NCBI GenBank assembly: GCA_000004695.1
Contig: CM000155.2
Span: 160,001-224,000 of the forward strand
Direction: 5' to 3'
Length of the DNA stretch: 64,000 nucleotides
DNA from: Dictyostelium discoideum
Taxonomy: Eukaryota
Every line of letters begins with the position of its first letter. Within the stretch, counting starts at the first letter, position 1. Shown one piece after another: positions 17,191 to 28,533 of this stretch. The translations under genes were made by a program, and so were the position numbers. Under the pieces are notes generated by a model. The model was not told where the DNA came from, did no database searches, and saw only the letters and a list, made by a program, of their open reading frames with translations.

Positions 17191-19304
17191 TTAATGTTGA
17201 AGATTACTTCTCTGTCTTGGAGCAGCTCTTAAGATATCATCAACTCTCATGATCATTTCAGCGGCTTCGTGAGCAGATACTAAAACTTGTTGTTTAACTT
17301 TAAATGATTCAATGACACCTAATTCTTCAGCATTTCCAATACAACCATCTCTCATGTTGAGACCAGCTTTTTTATCACCTTGATGATGGGCAGCTTTTAA
17401 TTGAGAGACTAATTCTGAACTATCGTAACCGGCATTATTAGCAATGATTGTTGGAATTTGACGAAGAGCTTTGGCAAAAGATTCGATAGCCATTGCTTTC
17501 TTACCTGGAGTGATTGCAGCCAATTCATCGACAGCTTTACTCATGATCATCTCTGAGCAACCAGCACCTAAAACAGTACGAGTTTCAGCTACAGTTACAG
17601 CCAACACACAGAGTGCATCGTGAATGGAACGTTCAGCCTCTTCGAGAATGTGAGAGGTAGCACCACGTAAAACGATGGTACAAGCCTCACCAGATGGAAT
17701 ACCAGAGAAACGGATGACCTTATCTTCACCGATCATAACCTCTTCAATGAGTTTACAAGTGCCAATCTTGACCAATTCAGGGTGATCAAAAGTTGAGACG
17801 ATTTCAGCGCCAGTTACCAAAGCCAAACGTTCAATACCATCGAAATCTGCATGTTCAATTGACATAACACCATGCTCGGCGAAATATTGCTCTGGTAAAT
17901 TATAGACCAATTGACGATTGACGAAACAATTGATACCATGATCAACGATCTTTTTACATTTATTCAACATTTTCTCTTTTTCTGCATCTTCCATTTTGGC
18001 GAGTTCAGTCATTGAATCTACAACAACCTTACCACCGAAAATCTTAATCTTATCAGTATCCATAGCTGTGTTTGCAATTAAAATCTTTGGATTCTCTAAA
18101 CGTTTTGGACAACCAACACCAATCTTCTTTTCTAAAATGAATCCTTCATCTAAATAGGACTCTCTTAATGAACCACCACTCTTCTTTATAATATGAATAT
18201 TATCTAAATTGGTATTTCCATTTAATCTTAAAACTGCATCAACTACCATATTTGCGAAATGATCTTTCTCTGTATGTAAAATCTTTGAACTTAATGTTGT
18301 TCTTGCTATATTTAATAAATCTTCTCTAAATTTAACTATATATATTAATTAAAATTTATATATATATATATATAACAATATTAATAAATTATCATTATCA
18401 TTATCATTATCATTATCATTAATTATTTGTGTTTTGTTTGTTTTGTGTTTGTTGTTTTACCTTTATCTGAAGAATGATCTTGAGTTGATGATTGTAATGC
18501 AGCACGTGCAGTTTCAAGTGCTAATCTCCAACCACTAATAATAGTTTGTGGATGAACTTTTTGTTGAACTAATCTTTCACCCTCTCTTAATAATTCACCA
18601 GCTAAAACACAGACACTGGTTGTACCATCACCAACTTCATCATCTTGAGTTCTTGAAATATCTACTAAAATCTTTGCGGCTGGATTATCGATATAAATTT
18701 TGGTCAAGATGGTAGCACCATCATTTGTAATAATTAATTCATTTGGATTTGATGCTGAAATAAGAATTTTATCCATACCCTTTGGTCCTAAAGTTGTTTT
18801 TACTAAATCTGTAATTGCAATTGCACCAACAAATGATGACTGAAAATTTTTTTTTTTAAAAAAAAAAAAAAAAATTATAATAAAAAAAAAGACAATTTCA
18901 TAAATATATATGTGTGTGTGTGTAAATGTTTGTATATATTGTTGTTTTTATATGTTTGGGTTTGTTGTTTTCCATTTTGTTTTTTTGTTTGTTTTTATTT
19001 GATTGAAAATTAATATATATATATACATAAAATGTTAGGGATAAAACAAAGTGTAAGTATGTATTTCTAAATGAATAATTGTTGTTAAAAAAAGTAATTT
19101 TATATTTACCAAACGAGCAATTTCACCTCTTTCTTCAGAGGCATTTTGATTTAAAATTGGTATTGGAGCTAATTGACTCTTTAAGAGTTAAAATAATAAT
19201 GTTAGTTATCTTTAGTGTGGTGATTGTTTAATTTTTTCTATTTTTTCGTTGATTAAAAAAAAAAATTAAAAAAATATGAAATATAAACCGATACATACTG
19301 ACAT
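17191..19304 (-). CDS. cct2: T-complex protein 1 subunit beta (CCT2), four exons
   Basis: Exon 1 is about 19299..19304 (ATG TCA then GTATGT). Exon 2 is about 19110..19178 ([23 protein letters not shown]). Exon 3 is about 18461..18839 ([28 protein letters not shown]...NDGATIL...[11 protein letters not shown]...QDHSSDK). Exon 4 is 17191..about 18335 ([20 protein letters not shown]...[13 protein letters not shown]...ending [11 protein letters not shown]). It is colinear with human CCT2 ([26 protein letters not shown]...ending AAPRKR). Confidence 0.9.
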
Positions 19305-19375
19305 TGTTATATATATAAAATTATATAATTACAAATTAAAAAAAACAAAGTCGACACCTTTTTTTTTTATAAATC

Positions 19376-19410
<35 letters not shown>

Positions 19411-19844
19411 AAAAAAAAAACTAAAAAAAAATGAAAAAAATTAAAAAAATTTGATTTTCATTTTTGGCCATTGCTGTGGCCCAAATGACTTTTTTTTTTT
19501 TTTTAATAATAAATCCAATATGGAAATTATATTCAAAATAAACACAGAGTTTTTTTTTTTAATTTTTTTTTTTAATTTAAAATTTTTTTTTTAAAAAAGT
19601 CAATAAGTGAAATCATTGATTTAATTACTATTTTAATATTATTTTCTGGAAAATAAATAAAAATAAAAATAAAATATAATAAAAAAATAAAAATTAAAAT
19701 TAAAATTAAAATTAAAATTAAAAAAAAAATTAAAAAAAAAAAATTTTAAAATTGGAAAGGGGTTAAATCTTTTTTTTTTTTACTTATTTTCAACACTAAC
19801 CACGTCTAAATTAAAACAAATTTGAATTTCTTTCCAACTTTTCC

Positions 19845-19890
<46 letters not shown>

Positions 19891-20175
19891 TTATTTTTTA
19901 TTATTTTTTATTTTTATTTTTTTTTTTTTTTTTTTATTTTTATTTTTATTTTAAAATTTTGTAATTATTTTTTTTAAAAAACCACACGCGCAAACACACA
20001 AAACTATATATATTATATATATTTTTATTTAGAAATAAAGAAATATTATAGCAATTTATATTACCAAAAAAAAAGAAAATAATAAAATCAAATTAAAAAC
20101 AGAAAGGAAAAAAAAAAAAAAAAAAAAAAATTTTGTATATAAAAAAAAAAAAAAAAAAAAGAAAATAATAATAAA

Positions 20176-20784
20176 ATGAAAGTTTATTCAATTGGTTTAT
20201 TTAAAGTTGTACCAGGTAATAAACCTGTGTTATTAAATATTGTTTATGAATTATCATCATTTGGATTCTTTCAGAGAGGTTCAGTAAAAGAAGTGTCATT
20301 ATTTGTATCAAGAGAGACAGTTGGTCGTACCAATGTGGGAGAGAGAGTTTCAATGGAACATACACAAACTCAAAAAGTTTGTCATACAACAGTAGATAGT
20401 AAAGGTTTAGGATGTAGCGTTTTAACAGATTCAGAATATCCAGGTCGTGTTGCACATACACTCATTCGTATTTGTCTAGAAGAATTTTATAAAGTACATC
20501 CAGAATCTGAATGGAGAGGTTTACAATCAGATGTAGAACTTCAAACACCAGCATTAGATCAACTATTATTAAAATATCAAAATCCAGAAACTGCCGATCC
20601 AATGATGAACCTTCAAAAGAATTTAGATGAAACTATTACCATCGTAAAGAAAACTGTCGAACAATTAGGTCAAAGAGGTGAGAAATTAGATGATTTAGCC
20701 GCAAAAAGTGATGATCTCAGTTTTCAAAGTAAAGCCTTTATGAATAATGCTGAAAGAATGAATAAATGTTGTGGTTATGTATAA
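20176..20784 (+). CDS. ykt6: SNARE Ykt6 (longin domain, R-SNARE coiled coil, C-terminal CCaaX lipidation box CCGYV)
   Basis: 202-aa single-exon ORF. MKVYSIGLFKVVPGNKPVLL...FFQRGSVKE...SDSEYPGRVAHTL...YQNPETADPM...RGEKLDDLAAKSDDL...KCCGYV aligns end to end with human YKT6 (198 aa, ending ...CCAIM). Confidence 0.9.
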   Translation: MKVYSIGLFKVVPGNKPVLLNIVYELSSFGFFQRGSVKEVSLFVSRETVGRTNVGERVSMEHTQTQKVCHTTVDSKGLGCSVLTDSEYPGRVAHTLIRICLEEFYKVHPESEWRGLQSDVELQTPALDQLLLKYQNPETADPMMNLQKNLDETITIVKKTVEQLGQRGEKLDDLAAKSDDLSFQSKAFMNNAERMNKCCGYV

Positions 20785-21126
20785 ATAATAACTTTTTTTA
20801 TACATATTTTGTAAAATATATATATATATATAATTATTTATTTTAAAATAAATAAAAAAAAAAAAAAAAATACTTTTTTTTTTTCTTCTTTTCTTTTATA
20901 TTTTATTTTATTTGTTTTTATTTTATTTACAGGATAATATTAAAAAAAAAAAAAAAAAGATACACACCACATATAATTATATTATTTTAAAATAAAAATT
21001 TATCATTTATATAATCCATTATACCAGAAATAGTTGAAAGTTTATTAAATTCGGATTTTTCTAAATAATAATAAAAAAAAAGTTAATAATTTACTATTTA
21101 TTTATTTATTTTATTTTATTTTATTT

Positions 21127-22201
21127 TTATACATTACCATTTTTATTATGATATTCATATAACATATACATTAAATGTCTATGAAAGATGACAGGATGTA
21201 AACCACCATATTCTGAATAAATATTTATGAAATCTTTAATACATTCAATTGGAGTTTTATCATAACCTTGGAATAGAGCAGGATTGGTTAATAAACCTCT
21301 TGCAGACATTACACCATTTACGCCAGTTTTCTCACGAATTTCATTTGATTGAGATAAAGTGAAAACATCACCATTTGCAAACACTGGTAATGTAACATTA
21401 TCTTTAACTAATTTAATTGCATCGTAGTCTACAGGATGTGAAGATTTCATTGCACTGGTTCTACCATGAACAGTGATCCAAGAAACACCGATTCTCTCTG
21501 CACGTTTTGCCAATTCAATTGTATCTTTTAAATCTGATTGAACTCTAATTTTAATCGATATTGGTATTGGTACCCTATTATTAATCTGTTTAACCATATC
21601 GTAAATCCTCTCTGGATGTAGTAATAAATTTGCACCAAATCCTTCCTTCATTACCCATCTTTGTGGACAACCACAATTAATATCAATACCTTGACAATAA
21701 TCTTTAACTTTTTCTGCTGCTGATACTAATTCCTCTGCATTATTAACTCCAAATTGTACAATCAATGGTTCATCCACTTGGTTAAATTAATTTTAAAAAA
21801 AAAAAGTTATTATTGTTATTATTATTATTTATTATTCATTTAATAAAAAAAAAAGTTAAAAAAAAAAAAAGACACATACATTTATTTATAGTGAAATCAG
21901 AATCTCTTGCAGCTTCACTTCTATTAAATTCAGCAGCCATAATCATTGGTGTATAAGTTATATCACAACCCCATTTTTTTACTAACATTCTAAATGGTAA
22001 TCTTGAAAATCTAACCATAGGTGCTTGAATTTTCATAAATTCTCCTGAATTTATTCTATCCATTAAATTTTGTTTATCAGAATCATATATTTTAACAATT
22101 GGTTTATCCTCCTCTTCATTATTATTATTACTATTATTATTATTATTAAATTCTTCAATATTGATTTGACTATTTAATAAGCTATTGATTTGATCTTCCA
22201 T
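21127..22201 (-). CDS. tRNA-dihydrouridine synthase, DUS4L-like, two exons
   Basis: Exon 1 is about 21880..22201 (MEDQINS...KIQAPMVRFSRLPFRMLVKKWGCDITYTPMIMAAEFNRSEAARDSDFTINK then GTATGT). Exon 2 is 21127..about 21776 (L DEPLIVQFGVNNAEEL...IDINCGCPQRW...VSWITVHGRT...). The TIM-barrel Dus motifs are conserved. The closest recalled match is human DUS4L. Confidence 0.8.
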
Positions 22202-22361
22202 TTCCCTATAATCCCTAATTTTACAACATTAATAATAATATTATTATTTAATTTTAAAAATAAAAAAAAAAAAAAAAAAAAAAAATTTCCTTCGTTTATT
22301 TTTTATTTTTATTTTATTTTTATTTTTTTTTTTCATTTTTTTTTTTTTTTAATTTTATTTT

Positions 22362-22395
<34 letters not shown>

Positions 22396-22517
22396 TTATC
22401 GTTTTTTGAAAATAATTATATTTTAGACTAAAAAAAAACAATAACTGCCCCTCCCCCTTTTTTTGTACATATAAACAACGCACATACATATTCACACACA
22501 TATATATAAATATAAAA
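22202..22517. promoter_or_regulatory. short bidirectional promoter shared by the divergent DUS4L-like and rpc19 genes
   Basis: About 316 bp lie between the two start codons. The segment has long A/T homopolymers and a C-rich box (ctgcccctccccc, about 22445..22460). Confidence 0.4.
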
Positions 22518-23058
22518 ATGACATTAGCATCAGCACCAGCAGCAACAGAATCATGTAATTCATTTATTCCACCATCATTTGATGTAAATAAAGTAGAAAT
22601 TATTTCAGATAGACCAGATTGTGCAACATTTATATTCACTGATGAAGATCATACATTAGGAAATGCTTTACATTATGTTTTAATGAAAAAGTGAGTATAT
22701 GAAAAATTTAAAAAAAAAAAAAATAAATAAAATAAAAAAAAATATTAATTTCATATTTTTTTTATTTATTAGTCCAAAAGTTGATTTCTCAGGTTACAGT
22801 ATTCCACATCCATCTGATAATAGAATGAATCTTCGTATTCAAACAAAAAGTAATATATATCTATTTTTAATTTTCATTTTATTTTTGTTTTCCAGGATAT
22901 TTTTTTTTTTTCCCACTAACTTTTTTTTTTTTTTAAAAAAAATTTTATTTTTAATTAGGTAACATCACAGCACAAGAGTCATTATTACAAGGTTTAACTG
23001 ATATTAAAGATATTTCAAGACATATTTTTGAAACATTTAACAATGCACTTGATCAATA
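22518..23058 (+). CDS. rpc19: DNA-directed RNA polymerases I and III subunit AC19 (POLR1D/Rpc19-like), three exons
   Basis: Exon 1 is about 22518..22690 (MTLASAPAATESCNSFIPPSFDVNKVEIISDRPDCATFIFTDEDHTLGNALHYVLMK then GTGAGT). Exon 2 is about 22772..22850 (N PKVDFSGYSIPHPSDNRMNLRIQTK then GTAATA). Exon 3 is about 22959..23058 (S NITAQESLLQGLTDIKDISRHIFETFNNALDQ stop). The EDHTLGN and MK-NPEVEFCGY-type motifs match human POLR1D. Confidence 0.8.
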
Positions 23059-23282
23059 AAAAAAAAAAAAAAAAAAAAAAAAAATAAAATAAAAAATAAA
23101 ATAAAAAATAAAATTAAAAAAAAATAAAAAATAAAAAATAAAAAAAAAATAAAAAATAGGTTTGCATGGTTTGAGAAATTTTTTTTTTTTTTTTTTTTTT
23201 AAATCATTATAAAATTTTACTCTTTCCTACTATTCCCAAAAAAAAGAAAGAAAGAAGAAAAAAAAAAAAAAAAAAAAAAACA

Positions 23283-23801
23283 ATGAAATTATTTCAATTA
23301 TTACTATTGGTTTTAACCATTTCATCATTTATCATTTCAAATAATGGCCTTGTTGAATCACACCAAGGAAGAATGCACAGAGGTAGTGGCGAACGTCATC
23401 ATCGTGCTGGTGGAAATCAACAACAACCACAACCACCATCAGAACAACAAGTAGAAAGTTCATACAATAGTAATGATGATGGTTCATCAAATAGTTGGTG
23501 GTCAGCAACTAGTTGGTATGGAGCAGGCACAACCAGTTGGTATTCAGGAGGTACAACCAGTAACCCAGTAGGCACAACTACTTGGTATTCAGGAGGCACA
23601 ACCAGTAACCCAGTAGGCACAACTAGTTGGTATTCAGGTGGTTTTGGTACGTACGATAGTGATTCATCATCATTCTCATATGAAAACTCTTCAAATGAAA
23701 CCATCGTAATTTATATCAATCCAGTAACTTTGGTTTTTACATTGGTCTTATTACTTACTTTTATCGTTCTCACAATTACCCAATCATTAAGAAAATATTA
23801 A
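23283..23801 (+). CDS. orphan small cell-surface/secreted repeat protein (signal peptide, three Trp/Tyr/Gly/Thr-rich repeats, C-terminal hydrophobic anchor)
   Basis: 172-aa ORF. Signal peptide MKLFQLLLLVLTISSFIISNNG. Three tandem copies of TSWYSGGTTSNPVGTT. C-terminal IVIYINPVTLVFTLVLLLTFIVLTITQ, a TM or GPI-like tail. I recognise no homologue. Confidence 0.5.
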   Translation: MKLFQLLLLVLTISSFIISNNGLVESHQGRMHRGSGERHHRAGGNQQQPQPPSEQQVESSYNSNDDGSSNSWWSATSWYGAGTTSWYSGGTTSNPVGTTTWYSGGTTSNPVGTTSWYSGGFGTYDSDSSSFSYENSSNETIVIYINPVTLVFTLVLLLTFIVLTITQSLRKY

Positions 23802-23930
23802 ACAAGTAGAAACAAAACAAACCGACCAACCAACAATAACAACAACAACAAATTTGTATCCATACATAACTTTAATTGTAATATTTAATAAATCATCTGA
23901 TTCACCAAAAAAACATTTAATAATCCTTTT

Positions 23931-23974
<44 letters not shown>

Positions 23975-24225
23975 TATTTTAATTTATAAAAATATTTATT
24001 AATTTAAAAAAACATAAAAATAAATAAATGAAAAAGGCCAATAAAATTAATTTATTAAATGTAATACATTAATAACGTTAACACATTTATTATTATATAT
24101 TTGTCTTTTTTTTTTTTTTAATTTTTTTAATTTTTTTTTTTTTTTTTATATTATTTCTCGTATTGTTATTGTTATTATTTGTTTTGTTTTCTTTTTTATT
24201 TTTTTATTTATTATTATTATTTTTT

Positions 24226-24999
24226 TTAAAGTTGTTTAAGTACAACATCAGCAGTTGTATGTTCATAATCTGTTGGATCTTTTTCAACACTTTCAAAAAC
24301 AATTCTACCATTATCAATAATTAATGCAAATCTTTTAAATTCATGAACTGGACTTTCTGTACCTAAACCTTTTAAATATTCATCTTCTGTTAATGCATTA
24401 TCCACAGCAAATTTGCAATCTTTATCTTGTAAAAATCCAATCTAAAAATGATTTCATTTATTATTTTTATTATTATTATTATTGTTCATATTAAATTTGA
24501 GGGGGTTAATAAAGTTTAATTTTTATTTTTAATTTTTATTTTTTTGTTTTGATAACTTACAGTTCTGAGTGGATCTAAACTAATTGATTTAGCTCTTAAA
24601 ATAGCGGCATCTGCACTTTGTAAACAGATGACATTATCAATTCCTTTATTGTAAAATTTATCGACATTTTTAACAAATGATGGAATCTAAATTATAGATG
24701 ATGATGATGATGAAATGTGTGGGTGAGTGATGTGTGGTGTGTGATTTTTTAGTATAAGGTTATAATATTATTATTATTATTATTATACATACTTGATGGA
24801 AATCATCAGTTGGATTATTTCCAGGAATACCAAAAACAACAACTTTTTTATTATCGAAAATATCTTTTGATGTGTGAGATTTACCAAATTGATCACCAAA
24901 GAGATAGTTGTTTGAAATTACATTTCCAGTTGTATATCTTCTATTTTGTTGAATTAAAACTTTGCTAAATAAATTGCTTTTGCTTTTAATATGTTGCAT
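24226..24999 (-). CDS. peroxiredoxin-5-like redoxin-fold protein, three exons; appears to lack the peroxidatic Cys
   Basis: Exon 1 is about 24793..24999 (69 aa, ...KKVVVFGIPGNNPTDDFHQ then GTATGT). Exon 2 is about 24561..24686 (IPSFVKNVDKFYNKGIDNVICLQSADAAILRAKSISLDPLRT then GTAAGT). Exon 3 is about 24226..24441 (IGFLQDKDCKFAVDNALTEDEYLKGLGTESPVHEFKRFALIIDNGRIVFESVEKDPTDYEHTTADVVLKQL stop). It is colinear with human PRDX5 ([26 protein letters not shown]...VVACLSVND...RFSMVVQDGIVKALNVE). Confidence 0.65.
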
Positions 25000-25071
25000 T
25001 TTATATATTATAATGTTGCTCGATTGTGATCGCTATGATAAATAAATAAATAAATGAATTTTGGTGAAAAA

Positions 25072-25103
<32 letters not shown>

Positions 25104-25260
25104 ATTCGAAAAAAAATAAAAAAAATTAAAAAAAAATACTAAAAAAAAAAAAAAAAACAAAAAAATAAAAAAATAAAAATAAATTATTTCAGTTTTTTTT
25201 ATTTTTTTAATTCAGTTTACTAAAATCTTGGTATAAAGGAAACAACAAATTTATTTATTT

Positions 25261-25370
25261 TTTTATATACAAATAAAAATAAAAATAAAAATAAAAATAA
25301 AAATAAAAATAAAAATAAAAATAAAAATAAAAATAAAAATAAAAATAAAAATAAAAATAAAATAATAATT
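25261..25370. repeat. (AAAAAT)~18 hexanucleotide microsatellite in the divergent promoter between the Prx5-like gene and serB
   Basis: Direct reading: aaataaaaataaaaataaaaat... repeated across about 110 bp. Confidence 0.85.
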
Positions 25371-25416
25371 CCCTCAAAGGAAAAATAAAAAAATAAAAAA
25401 AATTAATAAATAAAAA

Positions 25417-25591
25417 ATGGAATATACATTAGTTTTGGTAACAAAAAAAGAAGAAAAAAGACATTTATATGAACATAAAGAAATTTTTAATGAATTAAAA
25501 TCTACTTTATGGAAAGATTTTAATATTAATTTTGAAAATGTAATTAATTTTTTTTTTTTTTTTTTTTACCAATTTTTTATTACCCTTTTAA

Positions 25592-25643
<52 letters not shown>

Positions 25644-26627
25644 CTAAAAAAGAATATAGAATTATATAAAAATAATGAATCATTTATAATATCAAAGAAT
25701 GAAATTAAAACAAGTAAAGAAATTGGATATGAAATTTTAAATAATAAATTACATGAATGGTTTGGAGAGAGATTAATTGATTTCTATTTTAATGATAGTA
25801 AACATTTTAATAATGACCAAAGAAAGTTAGCAGTTTTCGATATGGATTCATGTATAATAAAGAATGAATGTATTGATGAAATGGCAGGAATAATGGGGGT
25901 TAGTGAAAAGGTATCAATGATAACGGCACGTGCCATGGCAGGTGAATTGGATTTTAATCAAGCATTAGTCGAGAGATTGTCACTACTAAGAGGTATGACC
26001 ACCAAACAATTGGAACAAGTTTGGGAAAAGATTGAATTAAATTCAGGTTCATTCAGTTTAATTCAAACTTTGAAATCATTTGGATTTAAAACTGCGTTGG
26101 TGTCGGGTGGTTTTAGTTACTTTGCATTTAGAGTAGCATCAAGATTGGGTATGGATTATGCGGTTTCAAATCAATTGGAATTTCAAACTACAACAGATAA
26201 TGCTGATAATGGATTATCAGAAGAGACTTTAACTGGTAGAGTTATTGGTGATATAATTAATGGTGAAATGAAAAAAAAGGTTACAATTTTATTAGAGAAT
26301 TTATTAGCTTTAAAACAATCTCAAATCATTTCAATGGGTGATGGTTCAAATGATAAATTAATGATACAATATTCAGATATGGGTATTGCTTTTCATGGTA
26401 AACCAATTTTAAGAGCTGCAACACCTTTTCAAATTAATTTCGCACCATTAAGTGCTGCCAGTTTTTATCTTTCAAATATTTATTCAACAACACCACCGCC
26501 AACTGAAGTTGAATCTTTTTGTACAAATAAAAATCATATATATAATACCTCAATTCATAATTTATCAGAGAATCAAGCTTTGGTAACTAAATATATCGAT
26601 TTTAATAAAATAAATTTAAATAAATAA
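25417..26627 (+). CDS. serB: phosphoserine phosphatase (HAD family, SerB/PSPH) with an N-terminal extension, two exons
   Basis: Exon 1 is 25417..25539 (MEYTLVLVTKKEEKRHLYEHKEIFNELKSTLWKDFNINFEN then GTAATT). A poly-T-rich intron follows. Exon 2 is 25653..26627 (NIELYKNNESFII...KLAVFDMDSCIIKNECIDEMAGIMGV...TARAMAGELDFNQAL..ERLSLLRGM...ISMGDGSNDKLM). The HAD motif I (DMDSC) and the motifs of the human PSPH core are present. Confidence 0.85.
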
Positions 26628-26928
26628 ATAAATAAATAAATTATTAAAGATTTTATTTTTTTTATGTACGATATACATATCCGGTGGGGGAATATTAATT
26701 TATGAAAATTAAAAAAAAAAAAAAAAGTTTTGTAAAATGGTAATCTTTATAATTTTTTTAGTTTTTATGATTTTAAAAAAAAACTTAAAAATTAATATTA
26801 AGAAAAATTTTGTAGTATGGTAATTTTTTTAAATTTTTAAGTTTTTATGGTTTTAAAAAATATAAAAAAAAACTATTTATGTTTGAATTTTTTATTTTAT
26901 ATTTAAATTTAATCATTTCAATACAATA

Positions 26929-28300
26929 ATGTCAGATAAATTTATATTATATACTCAATTAAAAAATTATTTTGAATATCTTTGTGGTGGTGGTTTAAAA
27001 TTACAAGATTTCCTTGATAAAGAGAATCGTGATTTAGATGATATTGTTAACTGTTTTATTTTAATTCTTGGTTTAACTTTAGCAAGTATCTGTGTATTTA
27101 ATTTCCATAATTATTTATATTGTATTATTATTGTTTCTTTTAATTCTTTTAATTAGAATAAGTTTAAAAGGGCCTGCAAACAAATTACCATCATTTACAG
27201 TTGGTCCATATCATCCATCAGTTTTTGCAACTTTAAAAAATAAAAATTCTTTACAAAAACATAAAAGTGATATATGTAAAAATGGTAGATTTTATTTCTC
27301 TTTTCTCGAAGATGGTTCATATGACGCAGAATTGTAAGTAATTTTTTAAAATTTAAAATTTTTTTAAAATTTAAATTAATAAAATTATATTTTAATAAAA
27401 TCGTGATTTTTTAAATAAATATTTAGTTTTATTGAAAGTGGTCATTCAACTAAATTGAAATTAAAAAAAATTAAAATTGTTAAGCAAGGTGATAAATTTA
27501 CACCAGATTTTATAGATTTATCATCTTTAGTTGATATTTCATTTCGTACATTTGATAAACCAATTTCAAATTCAATTGTGAAAGGAACAATTGAAATGCA
27601 AAATAATGGTAGTAAAGTTTCATTCACTTGGACAACTGATGATAATGGAACATATTCAACTCTATTACCAGAGTGTAAATTTTCAATTAATGTTGAAGGT
27701 ATTGTTGATGGAAGACCAGTTAAAATGAATGAAGTTATTGATATACTAACATCAGATGTTATAAACAATCTTGAAGAATTAAAATATATTAAACCAAGAT
27801 CATTTGAAATATCTCAAAAATGTACAAATTATAATATAAAAAGTAAATCAGAAAAGAGTGTTCTTTTAATTGATGTATCTCGTTCAATGACTGGTGCACA
27901 ATTGGATATTGCAAAGAATAATTCCAAAAAATTCATTGCAGAGTCTGATAAATTTGCAATTGGAGCTTGGTCATACTCAATAAAATTCTTTAGTGATTCT
28001 TGGGGAACCTCTTCAAAAATATCTGCTGCCAATTCATGGATTGATGGTTTATGTTCAGATGGTCATACCGAAATTAAACAGGCGATTGAGGAAGCAATTA
28101 CAAAGTTCAAAGATGCTGATGAGTTTTGGATTTTATGCGACGGAGATACTGACGCTTTCCCAGATTTACAATCCTGGTCAAACTTTTATTCAAATAATTC
28201 AAAATACATAATTAACTTTGTTGGAATAGGAGGTTTATCAGATGAAAGAATGAAAAGCATGGTACAAATCAGTAGAGGTAAATTCATAAAAGTTTCTTAA
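26929..28300 (+). CDS. von Willebrand factor A (vWA) domain protein, probably three exons; 5' structure uncertain
   Basis: ORFs 26929..(about 27050), about 27171..27333 and about 27427..28300 can be joined through a GTAAGT donor at 27334 and the acceptor atatttag. The last exon has the vWA core VLLIDVSRSMTGAQLDIAKNN...FAIGAWSYSIKFF...ILCDGDTDAF (MIDAS-like DxSxS). Confidence 0.55.
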
Positions 28301-28304
28301 GATT

Positions 28305-28492
28305 TCTTATAATTTTTTAAGAAGTTTAAGAAATGAAAGTTTTTAGAAAAGAAAAAAACAAAAAAAAAAAAAAAAAACTATAGTTTTTTGGTGTGGATAA
28401 ATAGGAAATAAAAAAACAAATTTAGTTTTGGAAATTAATTAATTTTTTCTTTGAGATAGCCTTATTAATTGGATGGGGTTATTATTATTTTT

Positions 28493-28533
<41 letters not shown>

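Noticed and set aside
26929-27160. Possible TM helix (CFILILGLTLASICVFNFHNYLYCIIIVSF) at the end of the first vWA-gene ORF
   Set aside because: The segment is AT-rich and ends in a typical acceptor context (taattag/aaaag). It is more likely intron than coding. It is left as uncertain and not called as a feature.
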